Part shown: positions 1 through 11,159 of the stretch, piece by piece
How the letters are laid out: each line of letters begins with the position of its first letter
How positions within the stretch are numbered: the stretch's first letter is position 1
Assembly (NCBI RefSeq): GCF_009914755.1
Contig: NC_060932.1
DNA from: the human T2T-CHM13v2.0 reference genome, Homo sapiens
DNA: 64,000 bases
Strand: one strand, 5' to 3'
Made by a program: the position numbers and the translations under genes
The notes under the pieces: model-generated
Told to the model about the DNA's origin: nothing
What the model saw: only the letters and a program-made list of their open reading frames with translations
Databases searched by the model: none

Positions 1-474
1 TCTCGTTGATCTGTCTAATGTTGACAGTGGGGTGTTAAAGTCTCCCATTATTAATGTGTGGGAGTCTAAGTCTCTTTGTAGGTCACTGAGGACTTGCTTT
101 ATGAATCTGGGTGCTCCTGTATTGGGTGCATAAATATTTAGGATAGTTAGCTCCTCTTGTTGAATTGATCCCTTTACCATTATGTAATGGCCTTCTTTGT
201 CTCTTCTGATCTTTGTTGGTTTAAAGTCTGTTTTATCAGAGACTAGGATTGCAACCCCTGCCTTTTTTTGTTTTCCATTGGCTTGGTAGATCTTCCTCCA
301 TCCTTTTATTTTGAGCCTATGTGTGTCTCTGCACGTGAGATGGGTTTCCTGAATACAGCACACTGATGGGTCTTGACTCTTTATCCAACTTGCCAGTCTG
401 TGTCTTTTAATTGCAGAATTTAGTCCATTTATATTTAAAGTTAATATTGTTATGTGTGAATTTGATCCTGTCAT
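1..474 (-). CDS. LINE-1 ORF2p N-terminus (APE-like endonuclease domain), first 158 codons, open to window edge
   Basis: ATG at 474, 63 nt after the ORF1 stop. Reads MTGSNSHITILTLNINGLNSAIKRH...QETH...NIYAP...MGDFNTPLSTLDRSTR. N14, E43, Y115 and D145 are present, with K90R. Confidence 0.95.
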   Translation of the reverse strand, partial: MTGSNSHITILTLNINGLNSAIKRHRLASWIKSQDPSVCCIQETHLTCRDTHRLKIKGWRKIYQANGKQKKAGVAILVSDKTDFKPTKIRRDKEGHYIMVKGSIQQEELTILNIYAPNTGAPRFIKQVLSDLQRDLDSHTLIMGDFNTPLSTLDRSTR

Positions 475-537
475 TATGATGTTAGCTGGTGATTTTGCTC
501 ATTAGTTGATGCAGTTTCTTCCTAGTCTCGATGGTCT

Positions 538-1554
538 TTACATTTTGGCATGATTTTGCAGCGGCTGGTACCGGTTGTTCCTTTCCATGTTTAGCGCTTC
601 CTTCAGGAGCTCTTTTAGGGCAGGCCTGGTGGTGACAAAATCTCTCAACATTTGCTTGTCTATAAAGTATTTTATTTCTCCTTCACTTATGAAGCTTAGT
701 TTGGCTGGATATGAAATTCTGGGTTGAAAATTCTTTTCTTTAAGAATGTTGAATATTGGCCCCCACTCTCTTCTGGCTTGTAGGGTTTCTGCCGAGAGAT
801 CCGCTGTTAGTCTGATGGGCTTTCCTTTGAGGGTAACCCGACCTTTCTCTCTGGCTGCCCTTAACATTTTTTCCTTCATTTCAACTTTGGTGAATCTGAC
901 AATTATGTGTCTTGGAGTTGCTCTTCTCGAGGAGTATCTTTGTGGCGTTCTCTGTATTTCCTGAATCTGAACGTTGGCCTGCCTTGCTAGATTGGGGAAG
1001 TTCTCCTGGATAATATCCTGCAGAGTGTTTTCCAACTTGGTTCCATTCTCCACATCACTTTCAGGTACACCAATCAGACGTAGATTTGGTCTTTTCACAT
1101 AGTCCCATATTTCTTGGAGGCTTTGCTCAGTTCTTTTTATTCTTTTTTCTCTAAACTTCCCTTCTCGCTTCATTTCATTCATTTCATCTTCCATTGCTGA
1201 TACCCTTTCTTCCAGTTGATCGCATCGGCTCCTGAGGCTTCTGCATTCTTCACGTAGTTCTCGAGCCTTGGTTTTCAGCTCCATCAGCTCCTTTAAGCAC
1301 TTCTCTGTATTGGTTATTCTAGTTATACATTCTTCTAAATTTTTTTCAAAGTTTTCAACTTCTTTGCCTTTGGTTTGAATGTCCTCCCGTAGCTCAGAGT
1401 AATTTGATCGTCTGAAGCCTTCTTCTCTCAGCTCGTCAAAATCATTCTCCATCCAGCTTTGTTCTGTTGCTGGTGAGGAACTGCGTTCCTTTGGAGGAGG
1501 AGAGGCGCTCTGCGTTTTAGAGTTTCCAGTTTTTCTGTTCTGTTTTTTCCCCAT
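538..1554 (-). CDS. LINE-1 ORF1p (338 aa RNA-binding protein/chaperone), intact
   Basis: MGKKQNRKTGNSK...NHAKM matches human L1 ORF1p, with the REKG, ARR and YPAKLS motifs intact. The only difference I see from the recalled consensus is N142T. Confidence 0.98.
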   Translation of the reverse strand: MGKKQNRKTGNSKTQSASPPPKERSSSPATEQSWMENDFDELREEGFRRSNYSELREDIQTKGKEVENFEKNLEECITRITNTEKCLKELMELKTKARELREECRSLRSRCDQLEERVSAMEDEMNEMKREGKFREKRIKRTEQSLQEIWDYVKRPNLRLIGVPESDVENGTKLENTLQDIIQENFPNLARQANVQIQEIQRTPQRYSSRRATPRHIIVRFTKVEMKEKMLRAAREKGRVTLKGKPIRLTADLSAETLQARREWGPIFNILKEKNFQPRISYPAKLSFISEGEIKYFIDKQMLRDFVTTRPALKELLKEALNMERNNRYQPLQNHAKM

Positions 1555-2459
1555 CTTTGTGGTTTTATCTACTTTTGGTCTTTGATGATGGTGATGTACA
1601 GATGGGTTTTCCGTGTAGATGTCCTTTCTGGTTGTTAGTTTTCCTTCTAACAGACAGGACCCTCAGCTGCAGGTCTGTTGGAATACCCTGCCGTGTGAGG
1701 TGTCAGTGTGCCCCTGCTGGGGGGTGCCTCCCAGTTAGGCTGCTCGGGGGTCAGGAGTCAGGGACCCACTTGAGGAGGCAGTCTGTCTGCCCGTTCTCAG
1801 ATCTCCAGCTGCGTGCTGGGAGAACCACTGCTCTCTTCAAAGCTGTCAGACAGGGACACTTAAGTCTGCAGAGGTTACTGCTGTCTTTTTGTTTGTCTGT
1901 GCCCTGCCCCCAGAGGTGGAGCCTTCAGAGGCAGGCAGGCCTCCTTGAGCTGTGGTGGGCTCCACCCAGTTCGAGCTTCCCGGCTGCTTTGTTTACCTAA
2001 GCAAGCCTGGGCAATGGCGGGCGCCCCTCCCCCAGCCTCGTTGCCGCCTTGCAGTTTGATCTCAGACTGCTGTGCTAGCAATCAGCGAGATTCCGTGGGC
2101 GTAGGACCCTCCGAGCCAGGTGTGGGATATAGTCTCGTGGTGCGCCGTTTCTTAAGCCGGTCTGAAAAGCGCAATATTCGGGTGGGAGTGACCCGATTTT
2201 CCAGGTGCGACCGTCACCCCTTTCTTTGACTCGGAAAGGGAACTCCCTGACCCCTTGCGCTTCCCAGGTGAGGCAATGCCTCGCCCTGCTTCGGCTCGCG
2301 CACGGTGCGCACACACACTGGCCTGCGCCCACTGTCTGGCACTCCCTAGTGAGATGAACCCGGTACCTCAGATGGAAATGCAGAAATCACCGTCTTCTGC
2401 GTCGCTCACGCTGGGAGCTGTAGACCGGAGCTGTTCCTATTCGGCCATCTTGGCTCCTC
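1555..2459 (-). promoter_or_regulatory. L1 5'UTR internal sense promoter plus antisense promoter; YY1 site at 2443-2452
   Basis: CAAGATGGCC YY1 motif intact; CpGs retained; known L1 5'UTR architecture. Confidence 0.9.
2014..2229 (+). CDS. LINE-1 ORF0 (71 aa antisense ORF in the L1 5'UTR)
   Basis: MAGAPPPASLPPCSLISDCCASNQRDS...RHPFL, starting GCAATGG at 2014. Internal splice donors CAG|GTGTGG (2119) and CAG|GTGCGA (2204). Confidence 0.92.
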   Translation: MAGAPPPASLPPCSLISDCCASNQRDSVGVGPSEPGVGYSLVVRRFLSRSEKRNIRVGVTRFSRCDRHPFL

Positions 2460-2739
2460 TCTCTCTTAAATTTCTAGCAAGGGTTTCATGGACCTAAATG
2501 GTTTAATCAAGATCACATACCTAATAAGCAGTTTGTCAATGATAACCACATTTTCCCAATCTCTTCTGTTCAAAAACAAAGAGGAGTACCAGGAAACAAT
2601 CTCAGAAATTCAAATGTATTATTTGGACAATGAGACTAAGTATTTGAAGTGGGTACTAACCCAGAAAAGCATCTCAGATGTAGCTCACATATTATTTAAG
2701 AAACAGATAAATCCCACTTTCTACATTAAGTTTAATTTA

Positions 2740-2830
2740 ATTACTGTGGGTTAACATTCTCAGGCTCAGTTTCATCTGTAAAATGAGGGGTTCATGCAGA
2801 TGATCTCCAGAAGCCCTCCCAGTGTGAACA
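2740..2830. mobile_element. MIR fragment
   Basis: ctcagtttcatctgtaaaatgagg MIR core-like sequence. Confidence 0.55.
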
Positions 2831-3069
2831 TGCTCCTAGTATCTGAGCCCAAACCAGTCTACAAAGATCTGAGACTTTTCCTGAAACTATCATACAATCA
2901 CAGCCTTATTCTCCACCATCATATTTTCTACCTGTATCCATAATTTAAGCATTTTACCATAACATTATGCCCTCCTATAAGTTCTTGCCAGAGAATATTA
3001 TATGCAACCCTCTTTACTGCCTAACTCTACCAAAAGCTCAAGATCTTTTGTCCACCTAAAAATAACATT

Positions 3070-4230
3070 AAGAAAGCAATGGGAGAATTCCTAACAATGA
3101 TTAAGAAAATATAAACAATTCAATTTTTTAATGGGCAAAAGAGATGAACAGGCACTTCGCAAAACAGGCTAACCAAATGACTAACGGGCATAAGAAAAAG
3201 GTCTCAACTTATCAAGAAAAGACAAATTAAATCACAATGAAATATGACTACACGATCACCAGAATAGATAACGTTTTAGAAGAAAAACAATACCAAGAAT
3301 TGTTGAAGACATGGAGCAATTGGAAAGCTCAGACATTACTAGTGGAAGTATATGCTGGTTTTGGAAACAGTTTAGCAGCATCCTCTAAATCTAAATATGC
3401 ATCTACCCTAGGAGCAGCCGTTCAATTCCTGGAAGAAATAAGTGCAAATATCCAATAAAAGCCACGAATAAGAATTCCCATAGCAATTTTATTCACAACA
3501 ACCAAAAAAAGGAGGGGGGAGACAACTCAAATATACATCAGTAATATAAAGGATACATGATATAAAGGATAAATAAATTATGATGTATTCATGTGATAGA
3601 ATACTGCATAGCAATGTAAAATATACATCAATGATACATCAATGATATACATCAAATATAAATCAATGATATAAAGGATAAATATACATCAATGATATAA
3701 AGGATAAATATACATCATGATATAAATATATGATATAAAGGATAAAAAATAAGGATATAGGATATAAAGGATAAATGATATAAAGGATAATATAATATAT
3801 ATCAATGATATAAAGGATAAATGATATAAAGGATAAATAAATTAGGATGTAGTCATGCAACAGAATACTGCATAGCAATGAAAAAGAATGAACAACTGCT
3901 AAACATAGAACAGGGATGAATCTAGCAGACACTATATTGAGCAAGACTGAAAGAAAAGTGATACTGTATGGTTCAATTTATATATGCATCCCACTTAGAA
4001 GCACAGCCGATCAGTCGTGCCAGAAGTCAGAGAAGTGATAGATATCGGTTGGGAATAAGGATGAGGGAGCCAATGGCTGCTACACAGTTCTAAATTTTGA
4101 TCTGGGTGTTACTTTTAAACAAGTGTTTAAAGATGTAAATATTTACCAAACTATATACTTGAAATTAGCTGGTCTCTACACACTTTACTAGGTGTATGTT
4201 ACACCTTAATTTTAAAACAACAGCAAAATA
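3070..4230 (+). mobile_element. Old L1 (L1M-type) 3' region
   Basis: aatgggcaaaagagatgaacaggcacttc...ttggaaacagtttagcag...aatactgcatagcaatgaaaaagaatgaacaact are typical L1M 3' motifs. Confidence 0.75.
3530..3885. repeat. Degenerate (TGATATAAAGGATAAA/ATACATCAA) minisatellite within the old L1
   Basis: About nine TATAAAGGATA copies between two ~64-nt duplicated segments (3557-3620 and 3821-3884). Confidence 0.85.
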
Positions 4231-6879
4231 ATAATAAAAGCACAGATTCACAAGAACATTCATGAGAATTAACTAAAGAATGTCCAACTTCTTGATTTCT
4301 TGGGATAGTCTAAATTTTATGCTTGCATGAAGGCAGATCTACATGCCTCTTCAACTGCACTGCATCCCTTCAGCCTCTCATTAGAAATTAGGCTTTAGAA
4401 TGTATCTCCTGTTTTATGTTGAGGGCTTTCTAAGAAACAAGATGAAATCTGATGTCATTTTACTCTATGGATGTTATTTGAGGACATTTTCTACCATCTC
4501 TTCCTGATGGAGAGGCAATGGAGAAAATTCTTTTAGGGTTCACGCCAGGAAAGCTGTTTCTCTTGAGCAACTGGTATGTTTTTATGTGACGGATGCTGTT
4601 AATCCTGTAACTGAACTTCCTGGTGGTCAGAACAAAGAGAGGGGAAAAACACACATCGATTGGTTTGTGACTCTTTTTCTGGCTTTCCACCTACTTCTTG
4701 AGCCACTCTCTTTTAGGGCTTTCTGGAACATTTATCTTTGTTAACTACTTTTATCCCTGGGTTCATTTTACTTTTCTATCTTTTTTTTTTCCTACCATAG
4801 TTTCTTTATTATTTTTATTGTATTGTACTATTATTGTACTATTTATCATTGTACTATATGGCAATTCCTACAAACGCTTTGTTTTAAAACATAAAGAATC
4901 AATAGATAAAAATAAATACAGAGATGCATCATAATGTACATACATAAGGGAAGCCATTATTGTTAAATACCATTCTGCTCACTAACCTTTACACATAAGC
5001 CTGTTTTATCTCTTTAACTGTAGTCTAAGCAACTTGGGCCTGGCCCATGTATGTTTTTGAACAGTTCTAGGTAGACAGCAGAGGCCTAACAAGTACCATT
5101 TGACTGCTTCTGTGCAATTAGAGCTAATAGCAATGGTTTCAGAACATGTGGTACAGAACATGAACACATTTTTAATCCATGAAAGAACTCTTGCTCTAGG
5201 CCTGCAAAAACTTGCACATGATTTGGAAATTGGGTTATTTTAATTATAATGTCATAGAGAACGACATGTATTTTAATCAACTTCAGTTGACAATGCTGCA
5301 ACCACATCATAGCTGCTGCTGATTCCAAACCATCTAAAGAATTACTTCCAGGTTTTAAGAACTTGCAGCTTTGTGAGTTAGGAGTGCAGCCTGCCCAGCT
5401 GCTGCCTGAGCCCAACCCTGCAGGATCCAGGCCTTTGTCATTAGGTAGGTTTTGAGGACCAAGGTCCAGGGCCAAGTGTGATCTCCAGGACTGGATCCCA
5501 GGCCCTGGGGAATAGGCATCTCCCAGAGGCTATGCTTTTCCTAACAATTTTCTAAACTACTGGCAAGAATTTAGCTTCTCTGCCCTTCAGCATAGTCAGC
5601 AAACAGCACCAAAGTTTTGCTTGGCACTTCCTTTTGACAACATCTTGCAGTTTACACAGCTGGTTCTCTATTATAAAAGTTGTGGGTGACCTTTAGTACA
5701 TAATAATGCCTTAACTTTTGAGAAGATGGTTGCCATTTTTGCCCACTGACCACAAAATTTCCTGAAGGGAGATGATTCTCCACCATTAAAACTGACTGAC
5801 AAGGTTTCTTGATTTGCTTAATTAAGTAACCATGGGGTATTGCATGCTGAAATAGTTATTTCAGAATTAAACCTTCCTGGTTCTTTGTGTTAATGTTATC
5901 CTACGCAATAAACAGAACTATAAAGGCTTTTACGACTTATGTTTTTAATAAAATAAGTAGAAAATTTGTTGTTTATAGACAGATATAAAGATATAAATGC
6001 AAATATTGGACACATCAACACCAATATTTATAGAGAAAAGATGGATGTTATTTGAGAAAATTATTCGAGGAGCTGAAAAAAATATGTATAGATATGAAAG
6101 AAGATTATTTAGGGAGCTTACAAGATAAGCCTACTTTGAGAACCTATTGTGTAACATGTCTTAAAACTTGTTTTAAAAATCACAGTGAAAAATTTTAACA
6201 TCTTTAGGAAATAGTTTTTGGAAGCAAACATCAAGTAGAAAAGAATCCACAACTTGAAGAGCTGTTTAGCAGAGAAGGTTGGTTGTAACATGTTAAAACT
6301 TCAAGATTTTTCATTGAGGAACTGATTCAAATGCTATAAAGCAGCACTGACCATGAAAGCAGATGGGTGGGTTAAAAGGTGTGAGGAAGCTCTGGCTACT
6401 TCAATTGGATACACTTAATCCTTCTTGGGAGGAAGATCATATAAAGCAAGTCACTCTATTGACGCTCAAGTAACTGGTGAATGAATAAACCAATGATTGG
6501 ATGAAAAAAAAAACACTGAGCATCAAAATATTAGCTTTAAGAGAAACCCAAGCAGTCTTCTGGACTCACCTCTTCATTTTATAGAGAATATAAAGCACGT
6601 ATAGCTGAGGGGCATCTGCAAGGCCATATGGCTAATCGATGGCAGCCATAGGGCTCGAACTCAGGACTTCTGCTTCCTCATATATAAATACTTTCTGCAT
6701 TTCATTGTGTTCTCTTTTTATTTTTTTAAAAAAAGCACTAAGAGAAAAAAAGAAAGGAGCATTGTTTGAAGAGGCTGAACTCTGTAGTTACGTGCAGGGC
6801 CAGGGGAAACAGGAACTCCTCATTCTGATAGGGCTACAGAGAAGAGGATATTTAATCAGAGACCAAAACAGATTGTTAA

Positions 6880-7207
6880 ACGCTACACTGTGTCTCCCCA
6901 GAATTCATATGCTGAAGCCCTAGCCCCAGTACCTCAGCAGGTGACTGGATTTGGAGACGGGGTTTTAAAAAGGCAATTAAGGTTAAACAAGGTTTTATGG
7001 GTGGGTCCTAATCCAATATGCCTGAATTAAAAGAGGAGATTAGAACACAGACAACCATGTGAAGACACAAGGAGAGGGGCTTCAGAAGAAACCAATCCTG
7101 CTGACACCTTGGTCTGAGACTTCTAGCCTCCAGATTGTGAGAAAATCAATTTCTGTTGAGCCATCCAGTCTGTGGCAGTATTATGGCAGCTGTAGCAAGT
7201 TAACACA
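6880..7207 (+). mobile_element. MLT1A/B-type MaLR LTR
   Basis: gtctccccagaattcatatgctgaagccct...ggtgggtcctaatccaatatg...cttctagcctccagattgtgagaaaatcaatttctgttgagcc. Confidence 0.8.
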
Positions 7208-7917
7208 CAGGAATCAACTTCTGCCCCTCAGAGCCACAGTAAAACCTGCAATCCCAAGTTCAGTTATGCGGTGGTTACTAACAGTCCATGAAGGTGTGAG
7301 ACACATGTTGTTTTCTATGACTGTTTTTAGTTTACTGAATATAGCCAACACAATTATACGGGTATTTAATTAAAATGTAGATTTTTTTTTTTAACTTAAG
7401 AAGCAAAGCTGACTTGATTGTACCAAGCATAATGTTAATGCCAACCAGCATCCCATGTGGAAGGAACTACTGGGTTTATTTCACTCTAGATGGCAACCAT
7501 CAGCCCTGCAGGAACTATGATCCTACCGGACGTTGGCAAATGGGTCTCAGGTTAGGTGTCGATGCCAGTCCATTAGCAGTGGCCGACTGACATCTCCTTT
7601 TAAAATGTACTCCAAGATGGAGTCTTGGTTCAGGAAAAGGGGGCCCTAAAAATGGGCCTCGGTAACTGCCCCTGGCACAGGACAGCAGATTTGCCCCAGG
7701 GAGTGGCGCGTCTGAAGGGCAGATCTGCTAAATGAATACTGAGGAAACACGGGAGCCACCTTTTATGTTCAGTTACTTTTGAAAACTATCTTAACAGATA
7801 ATAACAAATATATTTTTAATGGACTAAGAATAGGGAGAAGAGATGGGAAGAGATGGTAGCAGGAGAAGGTAAGAATTGTCTGTCTTTGGCAGATGACATC
7901 CCCTGCCCACAGAATGA

Positions 7918-8240
<323 letters not shown>

Positions 8241-8735
8241 TTTTCTTTTAACTTTTAAGTTCAGGGTACATGTGTAGGTTTGTTACAAAGTAAACTTGTG
8301 TCACAGGAGTGTGCTATGCAGATTATTTCATCACCCAGGTATTAAGCCTAGTACCCATTAGTTGTGTTTCCTGATCCTCTCCCTCCTTCCACATTCCACC
8401 TTCTGATAGGCCCCAGTGTGTGTTGTTCCTCTTTGTGTGTCCATATGTTCTCATCGTTTAGCTCCCACTTAAAAGTGAGAACCTGTGCTAATTGGTTTTC
8501 TATTCCTGTGTTAATCTACTAAGGATAATGGCCTCCAGCCCCATCCATGTTCCTGCAAAGGACATGGTCTTGTTCTATTTTATGGCTGTATAGTATTCCA
8601 TGGTGTATATGTACCACATTTTCTTTATCTAGTCTACCATTGATTGGCATTTAGGTTGATTCCATGTCTTGGCTATCATGAATAGTGCTGCAATGAACAT
8701 ATGTGTGTGTGTGTCTTTATGATAGAATGAATGAT
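8241..8735 (-). mobile_element. L1P (older L1PA/L1PB) 3' fragment
   Basis: ttttaagttcagggtacatgtgtaggtttgttac...catcacccaggtattaagcctagtaccca... Confidence 0.85.
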
Positions 8736-9207
8736 AGTTTTTAGTAATAAGGCAAGATATGCACACATGTCCTTTAGGAACAAGTATTATCTTGTTCTTT
8801 CTTCCACTTGCCAGCCCCACTGCCCTACCTCTACGGCTGGCTGAAACATGCTCTTAGCAGTTACAACACCTGGAATTGTGCCCATGTGGTTTATCCAGTA
8901 AACAGTAATACAACAGCCATTTGTATACAAACAGTAAAACAGTCCTTAAGGAATTTAGATTTAAAGAAGCAACTTCCTTACTACATAAAAAGACCAGGGA
9001 GAATTAATTACTAATAGAAAACTGTCATAGGAACTTTCTGAAAGTCTCCTTATTCAATACCACCTGTAAAAATCACTTTACTCCCATTAGAGAAGGAAAG
9101 AATTTTCATTACTTTGAACATTTTAAATATGGTTAATTTCATTATATATTATATATTATATTTTTTCCAAGTGAAACTTTATGTTGTGAAATACTGAATC
9201 ATTTTAA

Positions 9208-9561
<354 letters not shown>

Positions 9562-10823
9562 TTAGATTAGATTAATTATAAGAATTTTCAAAATAAAATC
9601 CAGTTTAAACTTATTAGGTTTTATTATAAAGTACAATTATTATATTTAGGCACAATAGCTTGGCATATAATTTCACATTCTGACTTTGTACATCTGAAAT
9701 TAGACAGTGGTTTATTTCATAGATTCCAGACAAACCCTAGAAGCAAGACAATGTTAAAAATGTAGAAGCTTTGGTTCCTTGCACATAAACATGCTTTACA
9801 CTGTAATGTTAATTCACTTAAGAGTTCCAGTTTGCTTATTTTTTTTTAGTTTATACGTTTCCTCCATCTAATCAATGTGTTATCTTATGCAGTTTCAACA
9901 ATGTAACAATAACGCTACAAAATTTAAATGAAGACGTAATCAATAGGTTAAGATAAATTATTTTTACTTATGCATTCAAATTACTCTTATGGCCTCAGCA
10001 ATGTACACTCTAGCAAAAATCAGTATTCTTTCAAGTAAAACACAGGGGCAAAGGAATTTTAAGAAAAGTAGGCCAATAACTGCAGTTACCATATAACATT
10101 TGTGAATAATTTGCTCGGTTTCAAAAGTGCAAGAAAAATGCTGCACATTTGAAATCTGGTGAAAGGTAAATGAAGACAAGGCCTAGAGCAAGGTTTACAT
10201 GCCAAGGGTTAGAAAAGAAGTGAATACACAGCTGCTTTAAGTCAAGCATTTATAATCTAAAATATGTATAAGGAAAATACCCTGTAAATAACTGAATTAA
10301 CCATGAGAAACATATTTGTGAATATTTTAAAGCCAAATTCAATAAAATATTCATTAAACAAGTTCACAAGCAGAAACGGAACTGTAAGTTTTAAAACTTG
10401 TGTAAGCTTCATGCCATCTCTTAAGGCCTAAGCAATATAGTATTTACAAACATAGCAATAGTGGACTCCTAAGTAGTTTATGGCCATTTTCTGTACTTCT
10501 GGAAGATACCACATTGCAAAACATACTCAGGCAAACCACCAACTCAAGGCTAAGGATCTTGCAAATTTATACTTTAAAAAAAAAGAAAGAAAAGAAAAGA
10601 AACTGAGATGCAAAATCTACATATTAAAGAGATAAATAGTGATTCCATAAAATTTCCTGCTATAAAAGATAATTCTTTCTTGCAATAAAACAATTAAAAT
10701 TTTCAAATTTGCTACCATAGTATGGCTGTGACAACTTTTTTCACGATAAAAATAACAGCAAATGAACTGTGGTAATAGTTCTAATTTGATGTGAAATTCA
10801 TTTAGGAGTTCAGTAAAATTTAG

Positions 10824-11159
<336 letters not shown>

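Larger units (their letters stand above)
1..2459 (-). mobile_element. L1HS (Ta-1d-type) LINE-1, 5' portion; continues off the left edge
   Basis: Minus strand starts GAGGAGCCAAGATGGCC at 2459. It is followed by a ~905-nt CpG-rich 5'UTR, ORF1, a 63-nt spacer and the ORF2 start. The 5'UTR reads GAAGACGGTGATT (two Gs, the Ta-1d deletion form) near 2390. Confidence 0.97.

Noticed and set aside
1557-2497. Other ORFs in the L1 5'UTR (147, 85, 80, 68 aa)
   Set aside because: Incidental frames of the L1 UTR; only ORF0 is an established product.
3530-3885. Repeat-spacer-like look (CRISPR?)
   Set aside because: Irregular units without unique spacers, no cas genes, primate context.
5086-5475. 129-aa minus-strand ORF in unique sequence
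   Set aside because: Non-ATG start, no recognisable homology, only weak splice-site support.
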